Positions 19,666-32,382 of a stretch of 64,000 nt of DNA are shown piece after piece (position 1 is the stretch's first letter; each line of letters begins with the position of its first letter). Origin of the DNA: Myxococcota bacterium (lineage in GTDB: Bacteria; Myxococcota_A; UBA796; UBA2385); contig JBIJDH010000001.1 of assembly GCA_044344255.1 (NCBI GenBank), positions 320,001-384,000 of the forward strand, written 5' to 3'. The notes below the pieces were generated by a model that had not been told where the DNA came from, ran no database searches, and saw only the letters and a list, made by a program, of their open reading frames with translations. A program made the position numbers and the translations under genes.

Positions 19666-20739
19666 ATGCGGACGCTGATCCTCACCCTCCCCTCACTGGT
19701 CATCGGGATCGGCTGCCGCTCGGGCAGCGCCTCGAAGGCTGGTGATGACACTTCTTCGAGCGCCGCCGGCGGCGACTCGGCGGCGGCAGACGACTGTCCC
19801 GATGAAGACTTCCAGGACGTCTCCACCTACGATCAGGCCGATCCCTACGCCGATCCCACCCTGAGCGTGAGCTGCGAGGCAGACACGCTCGTCGTCGAGA
19901 CCAACGGCATCCCGAACTTCGAATTCGTCGCCGTCACCCCAAATGATCTCTCCGAGGTCCCCCTCACCTACCGGATCCCGCTGTCCCCGGTGGAGGCCGA
20001 CGTCGAGTCCGAGCTCGGCTTCGGCGTCGTCGGTCTGGCGGTCAACGGGCTGCCGATCTACGGCGCCTTCGAGGCTGCCCCCACCTACGGTGATCCCCTG
20101 CTGGACGGAATCGTAGACTTCTGCAACGGCCACGTCGCACCGGGGGGCCAGTACCACTTCCACGGCCGCCCCGACTGCCTCTTCGATGAGGTCGACGGCC
20201 AGACCTCGCTCGTCATCGGCTACGGCCTCGATGGGTACCCGATCCTCGCCCCCTTCGAGTGTGCCGACGCGGACTGCACCGAGGTGATCGAGCTCGAGAG
20301 CTCCTGGGCCTACATCGGCGGCTCGGAGGCGGCGCTGGAGGCCAACGAGTACCAGGAGGGGACGGGGGATCTCGACCGTTGTAACGGGAAGACCCGCTCC
20401 GATGGTAGTTATGCCTACTACGCCACGACCACCTTCCCCTACCTCCTCGGCTGTCACCACGGCGTGGTGGCCGACGACGCGGTGACCGCGACGGGCGGCG
20501 GTGACGGCGGTGGCGGCACCGACGGCGGCGGCGGTCCCACCGCCTGCTCCGACGACGGGGACTGCGAGGGGGTCTGCCCCGAGGGCTCCATCGACTGCGT
20601 GTGCGTGGACGATCCGCGGGCCGGCCAGATCTGCGCCGCCACCTGCGAGCGCGATGAAGACTGCCTCGACACCGACGGCATGCCCTTTATCTGCGATGAA
20701 GCCCAAGGTGTCTGTGTGCCGGAAGGAGGTGCCCCTTGA
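19666..20739 (+). CDS. YHYH-family lipoprotein with Cys-rich C-terminus
   Basis: Lipobox GIGC; GLAVNGLPIY, DFCNGH, YHFH, GYGLDGYPI, DLDRCNG, YAYY, FPY. Confidence 0.85.
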   Translation: MRTLILTLPSLVIGIGCRSGSASKAGDDTSSSAAGGDSAAADDCPDEDFQDVSTYDQADPYADPTLSVSCEADTLVVETNGIPNFEFVAVTPNDLSEVPLTYRIPLSPVEADVESELGFGVVGLAVNGLPIYGAFEAAPTYGDPLLDGIVDFCNGHVAPGGQYHFHGRPDCLFDEVDGQTSLVIGYGLDGYPILAPFECADADCTEVIELESSWAYIGGSEAALEANEYQEGTGDLDRCNGKTRSDGSYAYYATTTFPYLLGCHHGVVADDAVTATGGGDGGGGTDGGGGPTACSDDGDCEGVCPEGSIDCVCVDDPRAGQICAATCERDEDCLDTDGMPFICDEAQGVCVPEGGAP

Positions 20740-21539
20740 TCCTGCTCCTCAGCCTCCTCTTCGCCTGCGGCGGGGAGCCCCCGACGGTCGCCAGCGCGGA
20801 GCCCACCGTAAAAATAGATAACGACCGTGTAACGAGCCGTAACACCCCAACGCTGCTCAGCGGCGCGCGCTACCGGCTGAGCTGGGACACGAGCGGCGCC
20901 GTCCGCCAGGACGACGGGGCCTGGACCATCGACACCGACCTCGGCTACCGGGTGCTGCTCCGCGACGGTCACCTCGCGACGCGGGCGGTCTCCCTCGTCA
21001 CCTGCACGCCGGCCCTGCAGGGCGCATCCTCGGGCGCGCTGGGCCTGCTTCACCTGATCAACCTCTTGGTCCCTCCTGCCTTCGCTTGCGAAGGGGAAGA
21101 GGACCCCTCCACCGTCGCAGGGGTGGTGGAGTGGCTGATGCAGCCGGCGGCGGTGGAGCTCGGCAGCGCCTCGTTCAAGGCGGCCCGCTACTGCAAGCTG
21201 CACCACCAGAACGCGCGGGCCCACAGCGACAGCCGCGGCCTGCGCCCAGATCAGGGGATGGAGGAGCGCACCCTGCACCTCGAGGGCAGCTTCCAGCGCG
21301 GAGACGCCGCGCCGGTGGCCTTCTCGGTGCGCTCCGACCTCGCCTGGGGAGAGCTCCGCCCGCTGGAGGTGGAGGCAGCGCAGGGCACCGGCTTCGTCGA
21401 GGCCGAGCTCAGCCGGGATCTGGGCGGCCTCTTCGACGGGATCGAGCTCAAATCCGCGGACGAGGAGACCCTGGCCCGCGGGGTGCTGCGCAACCTCAAC
21501 CGCGGGATGAGCCTCACGGTGCGGTCCGCCGCGCCCTGA
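20736..21539 (+). CDS. Hypothetical lipoprotein
   Basis: Lipobox LFAC; TTG start overlapping the YHYH stop. Confidence 0.65.
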   Translation: MILLLSLLFACGGEPPTVASAEPTVKIDNDRVTSRNTPTLLSGARYRLSWDTSGAVRQDDGAWTIDTDLGYRVLLRDGHLATRAVSLVTCTPALQGASSGALGLLHLINLLVPPAFACEGEEDPSTVAGVVEWLMQPAAVELGSASFKAARYCKLHHQNARAHSDSRGLRPDQGMEERTLHLEGSFQRGDAAPVAFSVRSDLAWGELRPLEVEAAQGTGFVEAELSRDLGGLFDGIELKSADEETLARGVLRNLNRGMSLTVRSAAP

Positions 21540-21573
21540 GCGGAGGTGTGCGAGGGGGGCCGCGCGGCCTCCC

Positions 21574-22077
21574 TCAATCCACCCGCACGGTCTTCAGGCC
21601 GTCGTCGTGCTCCCCGCCGCGGGCCTCTGAGCCCTCCCGGCGCCGGGGCCCCACCCAGATGAAGCCCCGCGCGGCCCGCACCGCGTAGCTCGCGAGGGGA
21701 CGGGTGGGGTCGGTGAGACAATCGCCGGTTCTAACGTCATACTTCCAGTCGTGGTATGGACAGGTGACGATGCAGCCGATCAACTTGCCCTCCCCCACGG
21801 GGCCGTCTTCATGGCGGCAGGCGTCGTCTACGGCGTACAGGCCGCCCTCGACTCGGAAGAGGGCGACGTTGCGGGCCCCGAGCCGCACCGTGCGCCCCAC
21901 CCCGTCCCGGAGCTGGCCCTCGGCGCAGACGGCGCGGTAGCCGTCCGCGTCCGGCTCCGGGGGGAGGAGCTGGGGGATGGACGAGGGCGCCCCCGCGGCG
22001 GGCTGCGCGGTCTTATCGGCCTTCCCCCTCCCTGGGAGCTCCTTCTTCAGGCCACGGAGCATATCGCGCAGTCCCAC
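21574..22077 (-). CDS. Rieske-type [2Fe-2S] ferredoxin-like protein
   Basis: CRH..CPYHDW ligands. Confidence 0.85.
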   Translation of the reverse strand: MGLRDMLRGLKKELPGRGKADKTAQPAAGAPSSIPQLLPPEPDADGYRAVCAEGQLRDGVGRTVRLGARNVALFRVEGGLYAVDDACRHEDGPVGEGKLIGCIVTCPYHDWKYDVRTGDCLTDPTRPLASYAVRAARGFIWVGPRRREGSEARGGEHDDGLKTVRVD

Positions 22078-22101
22078 CTTGCCTCCCAGCGGACAGAGCC
22101 C

Positions 22102-22794
22102 CTAACCGGCTCCGCGGGCCGGCTCGACCGTCGCGCCGAGACCCTCGTGCAGACGCGCGTACCAGCTCCGCGCCGCCTCCGTTCGCCCCGGGAGCGCGGT
22201 GGTGCCCCAGATGATGGTCAGCGTCCGCCGAGTCTCCTCATGGGTCTTGCTGCGCTGTGCGTCCTTGACCGGCCCCGCGCTCGGACCCAGCACATCGAAG
22301 AGGCCGAAGAGCCCCCCGACGTCGATCACCTGCCCGGCGGGGTTGAAGGCGTAGCTCGTCCCCTTCGGGAGGAGTCCGATTCGAAGGGGCGCCTCGAGCC
22401 GGGCCGCATCGACCACCGAGATCGGGAGACCGCTGTGCAGGCTCACGGCGTTGCAGACGTCAACCGCAGCGTTGATGCCCTTCTCCGGGCTGAACCAGCC
22501 CTCGTCAACCGCCTTCCACAGGTACTCGCTGGCCGGCTTGCCGCGACCCGTTGGCTTGAAGCCCCCCAGCCGGAGCAGCTCACGGACCGCGCCCCGGACC
22601 GCCTCGTCCGTGGCGAGGGGCGCCCGAGCCTCCCGCGAAAACAGCGCCAGCAGAGAGGGGGGGCTCGAGATGGCGCCGATCGCGCGCGGCCAATCGCTCC
22701 AGAAGCAGGCGACGTCGAGCAGAGGGTGCGGTTCGACGACGATAGGCGGGCTCGCCGCTGAGCTGGCCGTGTTCATAGGCGCTCCGGAGGCCAA
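22102..22794 (-). CDS. Free-standing B3/B4 (PheRS-beta editing-like) domain protein
   Basis: GFKPTGRGKPASEYL, INAAVDVCNAVSL; exact start uncertain (alternative ATG 22776). Confidence 0.8.
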   Translation of the reverse strand: MASGAPMNTASSAASPPIVVEPHPLLDVACFWSDWPRAIGAISSPPSLLALFSREARAPLATDEAVRGAVRELLRLGGFKPTGRGKPASEYLWKAVDEGWFSPEKGINAAVDVCNAVSLHSGLPISVVDAARLEAPLRIGLLPKGTSYAFNPAGQVIDVGGLFGLFDVLGPSAGPVKDAQRSKTHEETRRTLTIIWGTTALPGRTEAARSWYARLHEGLGATVEPARGAG

Positions 22795-22904
22795 CCCCTA
22801 ACCAGCCAGCGCCGCGCCGCGCCCGGCCGACGCTCGACGGGGCGACGCGGGCTCCTGGTTGTCTCCCTCTGAATTGGGACTAAACTGGCGCCCCCGGAGC
22901 TCCC

Positions 22905-23387
22905 ATGACGAAGCGGTACATGACGGTGGAGGGCCACACGGCCATCCAAGCAGAGATTGACTTCCTTTGGTCCAAGGAGCGGCCCGAGATCGTCAATCAG
23001 GTGACCGCGGCCGCCGAGCTCGGGGATCGCTCCGAGAACGCCGAGTACATCTACGGCAAGAAGCGCCTCCGAGAGATCGACAGCCGCCTGCGCTATCTGC
23101 AGAAGAAGATAGACGGCGTGACGGTGGTCGAGCTCTCCTCGATGCCGGCCCACAAGGACGTGCGCTTCGGAGCGATCGTGACCGTCGAGGATGACGACGG
23201 TCAGCGAACCTTTCGCCTCGTGGACCAGGACGAGTCCGACCCCTCCCGTCGGCGAATCAGCATCCAATCTCCGATCGGACGCGCTTTGCTGGGCAAGAAG
23301 GTGGGCGACCACGTCGAGGTGGAGCTCCCGAAGGATCGCATCAGCCTCGAGATCGTGGAGATCCGCTACGGCGGCGGCGAGCCCTGA
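22905..23387 (+). CDS. greB: Transcription elongation factor GreB
   Basis: LWSKERP, GDRSENAEYIYGKKRLREIDSR, ISIQSPIGRALLGK. Confidence 0.93.
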   Translation: MTKRYMTVEGHTAIQAEIDFLWSKERPEIVNQVTAAAELGDRSENAEYIYGKKRLREIDSRLRYLQKKIDGVTVVELSSMPAHKDVRFGAIVTVEDDDGQRTFRLVDQDESDPSRRRISIQSPIGRALLGKKVGDHVEVELPKDRISLEIVEIRYGGGEP

Positions 23388-23540
23388 CGCGGCCCCGATC
23401 ATGGCTTTTCCCACGCAGACTTCGACCGCGCGTGGCAATGTGGGGATCGAGGGCCGCGCCGGTCTGGCGACCCCGTCCGGCCGAAGTGGCCGCGGGCCCT
23501 TCGGGTCGAGGGCACCACCTGTTCGTTGTTCGAGGGAAAC

Positions 23541-23936
23541 ATGGCGGTACGGCTGAGCACCCCAGCACGACTCTCCGCGGAGCTGCACCCCACCCGCAGC
23601 CCCGGGCAACGCGCCCCGGAGGCGACGGCCGTCGCCCACTCGGCCTTCACCCGCCGCCGTGATGTCACCCACCAAGGGCTCTCCTTCTGCGGCGGCCCGC
23701 GGCGGGAGATCGCCTACCGGCTCGAGCTCGGCGCCACCCGCCCGCCCGAGCGCCTGGATCAGCCGGACGAGGAGCTGGAGGCGGAGTCGATCCGGCTCCG
23801 CGAGGCCGTCGGGAGGCCCCCGAGCCGCGCCGACCGCGACCGCGCCTGGGTGGGAGACCGCTTGGAGCGGCTCGAGGACGAGCTGGCGATCCGCGCAGCC
23901 CTGGCCGGGCGCCCCCGGAGGAGCACCCGCGGATGA
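23541..23936 (+). CDS. Hypothetical protein
   Basis: ATG 23541 after GAGGG; stop overlaps next start (ATGA). Confidence 0.45.
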   Translation: MAVRLSTPARLSAELHPTRSPGQRAPEATAVAHSAFTRRRDVTHQGLSFCGGPRREIAYRLELGATRPPERLDQPDEELEAESIRLREAVGRPPSRADRDRAWVGDRLERLEDELAIRAALAGRPRRSTRG

Positions 23937-24796
23937 GCGGCATGGCGCCCGAGGTGCTGCGCAGCCGCCTCCAGTCCCCGCGCGCCGCGGACCGCCTCGC
24001 CGCGGTAGAGCGGGTCGCCGAGGACTGCCTGCTCGAGCTCGAAGGTGAGCTGCGCTCCCTGCTCAGCGACGACTCCCCCTACCTCTTCCTCCGCGGCGAC
24101 GAGGAGCTCGTGGCGGAGCTTCGATACGCCGCCCTCACCGCGCTGCAGCGCCTCTGCCGCCTCGCCGACCGGCCGCTCGCGGTCGGCACCCTGCGCGTGC
24201 GGGCCGCCACCCCCGCCGCCCTGCTCGAGCCGATGGCCGACCTCGCGCTGCGGGGCCTCAACAGCCCGCAGCGCCGGGCCGTGCTCGGACAGGTGGACGC
24301 CCTGCTCGACGCCCGCGTCCGCCCAGACCCTGACCACCACACCCTCCTGCGCAGCTACCTCATCCTCCGGGAGCTCGGTCAGATCAGCTACCGCCTGGAG
24401 CGCCCCGATCCCCTGACGGGGCTCCTCCCCCTCCAGCGAGAGGTGGAGGCCAGCCAGGTCGAAGGCGACCGTCCGCGGCCCCACCTCCGCGTTCATGGCG
24501 CGCAGGGCCACCTCCTCGGCCATGTGTACCGGAGCCGCGTCGGCTGGGTCCTCGACTTCGCCGAGTCGGAAGAGGCTGCCCGCGCCGAGCGCTTCGCCGC
24601 GACCGTGATGGCGCTGCGGGAGGGTGGGATCCCCCAGCTCCTCTTCGAGGGAGAGGGCCCCTCCGGCCCAGGGGCCGGGCTCGACGACCCCACCGTCCCC
24701 GCCGACAGTGAGGAGCCGGCTCTGTACCTTCAAAACCTCGGCGCCTTCCTCGGGGCCCGCTTTCGGGTCGAGCTCGTGCTCGACAGCGGCGAATAG
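23933..24796 (+). CDS. Hypothetical protein
   Basis: 287-aa ORF with host-like codon usage, coupled to neighbours. Confidence 0.6.
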   Translation: MSGMAPEVLRSRLQSPRAADRLAAVERVAEDCLLELEGELRSLLSDDSPYLFLRGDEELVAELRYAALTALQRLCRLADRPLAVGTLRVRAATPAALLEPMADLALRGLNSPQRRAVLGQVDALLDARVRPDPDHHTLLRSYLILRELGQISYRLERPDPLTGLLPLQREVEASQVEGDRPRPHLRVHGAQGHLLGHVYRSRVGWVLDFAESEEAARAERFAATVMALREGGIPQLLFEGEGPSGPGAGLDDPTVPADSEEPALYLQNLGAFLGARFRVELVLDSGE

Positions 24797-24798
24797 CC

Positions 24799-26202
24799 GT
24801 GCTCCTGATGCTGCTCACCCTCTGTAGGCCGGGGGAGGCCGCGGCCCTCGACACCCTGGACGTCGGCGGGCCCTGGGGCTCCCCCACCACCGACGAGCCG
24901 ACGGCCCTCTGGTGGAACCCGGCGGGCATCGCCGCGGGGGGAGGTCACCAGCTCTTCGTGGAGGGTGCGCCGGTCTTCGCCAGTTTTCACCTGGACCGTG
25001 CCCAGCCGCATCGCGGGGTGGACGAGTACGGGCTCACGGGGGTGATCCCCTACCTCGGGCTCACGAGCGACCTCGGGGTGGATGGCCTCGGCCTCGGCCT
25101 CGGGCTCGCGGCCCCCTATGTGCGGGGGGCGAAGGCGCGCGGGGAGGGCGGCGCAGGGTCCTTCGCGCTGCGGGAGGGCTCCACCCAGACGCTCCACCTC
25201 CTCTTCGCCGGCGCCTACGAGTACCGCGACCTCGTGGCGGTCGGCGCCGCCTTCCACCTCGTGGACAGCCGCTGGGAGGCCACCCTCGACAATGACACGA
25301 TGGTGCAGCTCTCCGACGCCCTCCAGGCCGAGGGAGAGGAGCCCGGCTACACCGACGAGGGCCTCGAAGACCCGCGTTACGCGACCACCCTCGACTACGA
25401 CACGCTCCACGCCCGCACCCACACCTGGGCCCTCGGTCTGCGGGCCCGGCCCCACCCACGGGTGGTGATCGGCCTCTCCCATCAGCGCCCCTACCGCCTC
25501 GACCACCAGGGAGAGGTCTCGCTGCAGACGAGCTGCCCGCCCACCTCGGACGCCGCGGGTCGCCTCGGGGCCGAGCTCTATGGCATCTGCGACGCCACCC
25601 TGCGCGCGAACGCCGGCCTCGCCTACGATATGCCCGCGCGCTGGCACATGGGGGTGGCCTACACCCCCATCGATCCCCTCAAGGTCGAGCTCCTCGGAGG
25701 CTTCGTCACCTGGAGCCGCTTCAGCGACTACGAGATCCAGATCTCGGACACGGCGGAGAAGAACACCTTTGAGACCGACAAGGCCAAGGAGGAGACCCCC
25801 GCCCTCATCGATCAGGACCGCCTCTGGGCCCGCGACGCGATGGACTCCTGGTTCGCCGGCCTCGACCTCAAGCAGGAGGTGGCCGGCGGTCGGGTGATCC
25901 TCGGCGGGCGCGCCCTCTACGATCGAGCGGCCATCCCCACCTACGCCCTCTCCGCCAACAACTGGGACGCCGACGACCTCGCCCTCTCCGCCCTCGTCGC
26001 CTTCCGGCCCTTGCCCCAGGTGCGGATCGGCGCCACCTTCACCCACCACATCCTCGCCGAGCGGGAGACGACCGACAGCGAGTTCGGCATGACGCTTGAC
26101 CCCGCCACCCGGAAGGAGGACCGCTGGTTTTACCCGCACGGGAATGGACGTTACACCGGCGGGATCGAGCGAATCGGCCTCAGTGGCAGCCTCCACTTCT
26201 GA
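24799..26202 (+). CDS. FadL/OmpP1/TodX-family outer-membrane transporter
   Basis: Signal peptide, DEPTALWWNPAGI hatch motif, beta-strand pattern, terminal Phe. Confidence 0.82.
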   Translation: MLLMLLTLCRPGEAAALDTLDVGGPWGSPTTDEPTALWWNPAGIAAGGGHQLFVEGAPVFASFHLDRAQPHRGVDEYGLTGVIPYLGLTSDLGVDGLGLGLGLAAPYVRGAKARGEGGAGSFALREGSTQTLHLLFAGAYEYRDLVAVGAAFHLVDSRWEATLDNDTMVQLSDALQAEGEEPGYTDEGLEDPRYATTLDYDTLHARTHTWALGLRARPHPRVVIGLSHQRPYRLDHQGEVSLQTSCPPTSDAAGRLGAELYGICDATLRANAGLAYDMPARWHMGVAYTPIDPLKVELLGGFVTWSRFSDYEIQISDTAEKNTFETDKAKEETPALIDQDRLWARDAMDSWFAGLDLKQEVAGGRVILGGRALYDRAAIPTYALSANNWDADDLALSALVAFRPLPQVRIGATFTHHILAERETTDSEFGMTLDPATRKEDRWFYPHGNGRYTGGIERIGLSGSLHF

Positions 26203-27031
26203 GCGCCCGGACGCCGCGAGGAGCCCATGATCGCCGAGTGGTGGACCGCCCGAAACACGCCGGCCTCTCCCCTCGCCCGCCGGCTCGGCTATGTCGATGA
26301 GCTCGTCGCCATCGAGGCTCGCGCCGCCCGCCAGGCCGAGGCCTGGGCCCCTCACCTCGCGCGCTGCCGCTCCTTCATCGAGGCCGGGCGAGCCCCCGAG
26401 GCCCGCGGCCGAGCGGTGCTGCTCGGCGCGGGCCGCCTGGCCGACCTGCCGATCCTGGACCTGCTCGAACGGTACGCGGCCCTCGACCTCGTCGACCTCG
26501 TGTTCACGGCCGCCACCCGGGCGGCGGCGGCGCAGCACCCCCGACTGTCGCTGGTGGAGCAAGACATCAGCGGCGTCCTCGCTACGCTCCCCGCGCTCTC
26601 CACCCCGCCCGCGGCCTTGGCGGGCTGCGCGGGGGCCGACCTCGTCTGCTCGATCAACCTCGCCTCCCAGCTCCCCATCCGCCCCCTCGCCGCCCTGGCG
26701 CGGTCGGATCACCCCGAGGAGGCCCTCCAGGGCTGGGCCGGCGCCCTCATCCAGGCCCACCTCGACGCGCTCGCCGCCCTGCCCTGCGCTGTGGTGCTGA
26801 TCACCGACACGGAGCAGCGCTGGATCGATCCCGCCGGCGTCCCCGTCGAGGCCACTGACACGCTCTATGGGGCCCGCCTCCCGTCCGGAGCGGGGCCATG
26901 GACCCGCGAGGAGTGGACCTGGAGCATCGCGCCGCGGGGGGAGGCGCACCGGCGCTGGCGAGACGAGCGTCGGGTGGTGGCCCTCCGCCGCCCGGCCCGC
27001 GCCGCGAGCGCGGGCCCCAGCGCGGCGAGGG

Positions 27032-29311
<2,280 letters not shown>

Positions 29312-29427
29312 GGGGCTTCCTTGGGAGGGCCGCTCCCTTAGCACGGACCCCGGGGGCCGGCCCCGAACCCAGGCGGCGCGGCCGCGGCGCGGCTCGTCGG
29401 GCGGGCGGGAGCGGTTACCCTCGACCG

Positions 29428-31983
29428 ATGGCCTCCCCCTTCGCCGCCCTCACCAGCCGCCTCGGCGCCCGCCTCACGAGCGGCCTCGGCCGCCTCGCGC
29501 CCGGCGTCGAGCGCCTCGGGGAGCGGGTCGGCCCCGCCGCCCGCCTCGCGCGGATCGACCTCCCGTTGATGCGGGCCTGGATGAAGAACGCGGGCGCCGT
29601 CGAGGCCGCGCTCGGCCGGGCCGAGGCCGCGGCCTACACCGAGCTCGTCCTGCGCTGCGCCGAGCTCGACCCCGCCCTGGCGCGGCACATCGCCCACATG
29701 CTGCCCGACCACCTCGCGCGGGTGCCCGCCGCCGAGCGCCCCCGGTACCGCAGCCTCCTCAAGGCCGTGCTCGCTGACCGGCCGGCCGCCCTCGGCCTCG
29801 TCACCCGCACCCTCCCTGACCTCCTCTCCCGCCTCGACGATGAGAGCCTCAGCCGCTTCCTCGCCCAGGCCCTCGCCCTGCATCACCAGTCGGCGCGGAA
29901 GGCCGAGAGCTTCCTGCGCATGGAGAGCGGGGAGGCACAGCAGGAGGCCAGCCGCCTCCAAAGGGGCCTCACCCTCGCCGAGGTGCGCCGCACCCTCACC
30001 CACTACGCCCGCGCGCACTGCGGCGAGGACGTGCAGGTCCGGCCCGGCTCCGCCGGCTTCACCGACGGGCGGCACATCTACCTGCCCGAGCGGATGGACC
30101 GCTTCGGGGACGCCCGCGACTTCCTAATCTACCGCGTACTCACAGCTCGTAACGCTGGTTATATCGAGTTCGGCACGCTCGACCTCGAGCTCGACTTCAC
30201 CCCCGGCGACTGGCCGGAGCGAAGGGCGGGCGAGGTCGAGGTCGAGCGCCTCCTGCGGGGGTTCCAGAACGGCTCCATCGCCCGCGATCTGTTCACCTTG
30301 ATGGAGAACACCCGCATCGAGGCGCGGGTGCGGGCGGAGTACCCCGGCGTGGCCCGCGACATGGACACCCTCGCCCAGGCCTGGCGCCCCGAGCGCCCCG
30401 ACTGGGAGGGGCTGGCCCCGGCGGAGCAGGCCATCGAGGGCCTCGCTCGCCTCGCGATCGGCCTCTCCCTGCCCGAGGCGCTCCCCCCCGCCGTTGAAGC
30501 GGCGATCCGCGCCGGCGCCGCGGCCCTCGACCGCCTGCGCGACGAGACCGCCACCGTCGAGACCACCGTGGAAGCCCTGAGCCTCACCTACCCCTGGATG
30601 GACGCGCTGCTCGTGCGGGTAGACGAGGCCTCGCTCCGCCCTCCCCGCGCAGAAGGCGGGACCAGCGGCGAGGGGGCGAGAGGGCCGGAGGGTCGGCCAG
30701 ACCCGGAGGCCGAGCCCACGCCACCCCGCCCCAACCGCGACCCCACCGAGGACGACCCCGCCGCCTACCGGCCGATGGCCCGCGACCCCTTCGGCGCCGA
30801 GCTCCGCACCGAGACGATGGCCGAAGAGGACCGCAGCATCGAGGACCGCGCGCGAGACCTCCTCAGCGCCCTGAAGCAGCGTGACAGCGAGGCGACCCTC
30901 CGCGAGGCCCGCGACCAGGCCCGCCGAGAGGGGTCCTCCTACGCCGAGATGGACGCCTTCCTCGAGCGTAATCAGGCCCCCGCCGGCCCCATGCGCGACC
31001 CCACGATGGACCACGAGGCCCTCCAGCGCGACCCGCGGCCCCAGGCTGCGCTCGCCCAAGACCCCGACGTTCAGCACACGGGCAAGGTGGTCCTCTACCC
31101 CGAGTGGGACGCCACCATCGAAGATTACAAGCCCAACTGGGTGCGGCTCACCGAGTACAACCTCCAGCCCGGCGGCTCGGGCTTCGTCGAGGCCGTCCGC
31201 GAGGAGCACGGCGCGCTGATCGGACAGATCCGCCGCGCCTTCGAGGCCCTCCGCCCAGAGACGGCGCGCCGCCACCGCGGGCTCACCGACGGCGACGAGA
31301 TCGACATCGACCGCGCGGTGGCCGAGCGGGTGGAGAAGAAGAGCGGGGGCTCGCCAGACGGACGGGTCTACATGCGCAACCACCGCGAGGAGCGCGACGT
31401 GGCGGTCGCCTTCCTCATCGACATGAGCTCGAGCACGAACGAGGTGGTCAACAGCGAGGCCAAGCGCATCATCGACGTCGAGAAACAAGCGCTGGTGCTC
31501 ATCAGCGAGGCGGTGGACGCCATCGGGGACGAGGCGGCGATCTACGGCTTCTCTGGCTACGGCCGCGATCAGGTGGCCTTCTACATCGCCAAGGAGTTCA
31601 CGGACCCCTGGAATGACTCTGTGCGGGAGCGCATCGGCCGCATCTCCTGGAAGATGGAGAACCGCGACGGCGCCGCCATCCGCCACGCCACGAAGAAGCT
31701 GCTGGCCCGCCCTGCGCGTGTGCGCCTGCTCATCCTCCTCTCGGATGGCAAGCCCCTCGACTGTGGCTGCGACCACTACTCTGACCGTTACGCCCAGGAG
31801 GACACGCGGGTAGCCCTGACGGAGGCCCGCAAGCGCGGCGTCCACCCCTTCTGCATCACCGTCGATCCGCAGGGCCACCACTACCTCGCCCGCATGTACG
31901 GCGAGATCGGCTACACGGTCATCGACCGCATCGAGAAGCTGCCCCAGCGCCTGCCACAGATCTATCGGAGGCTGACCCGCTGA
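29428..31983 (+). CDS. VWA-domain protein, NorD/CbbO-like
   Basis: ENTRIE, YPEWD, DGDEIDID, MIDAS DMSSS, NRDGAAIRHA, LSDGKP, EDTR, PFCITVD. Confidence 0.85.
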   Translation: MASPFAALTSRLGARLTSGLGRLAPGVERLGERVGPAARLARIDLPLMRAWMKNAGAVEAALGRAEAAAYTELVLRCAELDPALARHIAHMLPDHLARVPAAERPRYRSLLKAVLADRPAALGLVTRTLPDLLSRLDDESLSRFLAQALALHHQSARKAESFLRMESGEAQQEASRLQRGLTLAEVRRTLTHYARAHCGEDVQVRPGSAGFTDGRHIYLPERMDRFGDARDFLIYRVLTARNAGYIEFGTLDLELDFTPGDWPERRAGEVEVERLLRGFQNGSIARDLFTLMENTRIEARVRAEYPGVARDMDTLAQAWRPERPDWEGLAPAEQAIEGLARLAIGLSLPEALPPAVEAAIRAGAAALDRLRDETATVETTVEALSLTYPWMDALLVRVDEASLRPPRAEGGTSGEGARGPEGRPDPEAEPTPPRPNRDPTEDDPAAYRPMARDPFGAELRTETMAEEDRSIEDRARDLLSALKQRDSEATLREARDQARREGSSYAEMDAFLERNQAPAGPMRDPTMDHEALQRDPRPQAALAQDPDVQHTGKVVLYPEWDATIEDYKPNWVRLTEYNLQPGGSGFVEAVREEHGALIGQIRRAFEALRPETARRHRGLTDGDEIDIDRAVAERVEKKSGGSPDGRVYMRNHREERDVAVAFLIDMSSSTNEVVNSEAKRIIDVEKQALVLISEAVDAIGDEAAIYGFSGYGRDQVAFYIAKEFTDPWNDSVRERIGRISWKMENRDGAAIRHATKKLLARPARVRLLILLSDGKPLDCGCDHYSDRYAQEDTRVALTEARKRGVHPFCITVDPQGHHYLARMYGEIGYTVIDRIEKLPQRLPQIYRRLTR

Positions 31984-32007
31984 GACATAACATTCACGTA
32001 ACGCCCG

Positions 32008-32382
32008 TTATGGGATGACCACCGGGCCGCCCGCCGCCCGCCAGGCCTTCCAGCCGCCCGCGAGCGAGGCGACGCTGCGGAAGCCCATCTGCTGGAGAGA
32101 GTCTGCGGAGAGCGCGCTGCGAAAGCCGCCGCCGCAGTAGAGGACGAGCTCCCGGTCGAGCTCGGGGACCAGCGCCTCGATGTCCCGCTCGAGGACGCCC
32201 CGGCCGAGGTAGCGGGCCCCCTCGATGTGGCCGGCGGCCCACTCGCTCTCCTCCCGGACGTCGAGCACGAGCGGACCCGCCCCCTCCTCCGCGCGGCGCA
32301 GGAGGAGGTCTTCGACGGTGACCTCCCGCACGCGGGCCTTGGCGGCGTCGACGAGGCGGAGGAAGGCGGGGCTGTGGTTCAT
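32008..32382 (-). CDS. Rhodanese-like sulfurtransferase
   Basis: LDVREESEWAAGHI, YCGGGFRS, LAGGWKAW. Confidence 0.9.
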   Translation of the reverse strand: MNHSPAFLRLVDAAKARVREVTVEDLLLRRAEEGAGPLVLDVREESEWAAGHIEGARYLGRGVLERDIEALVPELDRELVLYCGGGFRSALSADSLQQMGFRSVASLAGGWKAWRAAGGPVVIP

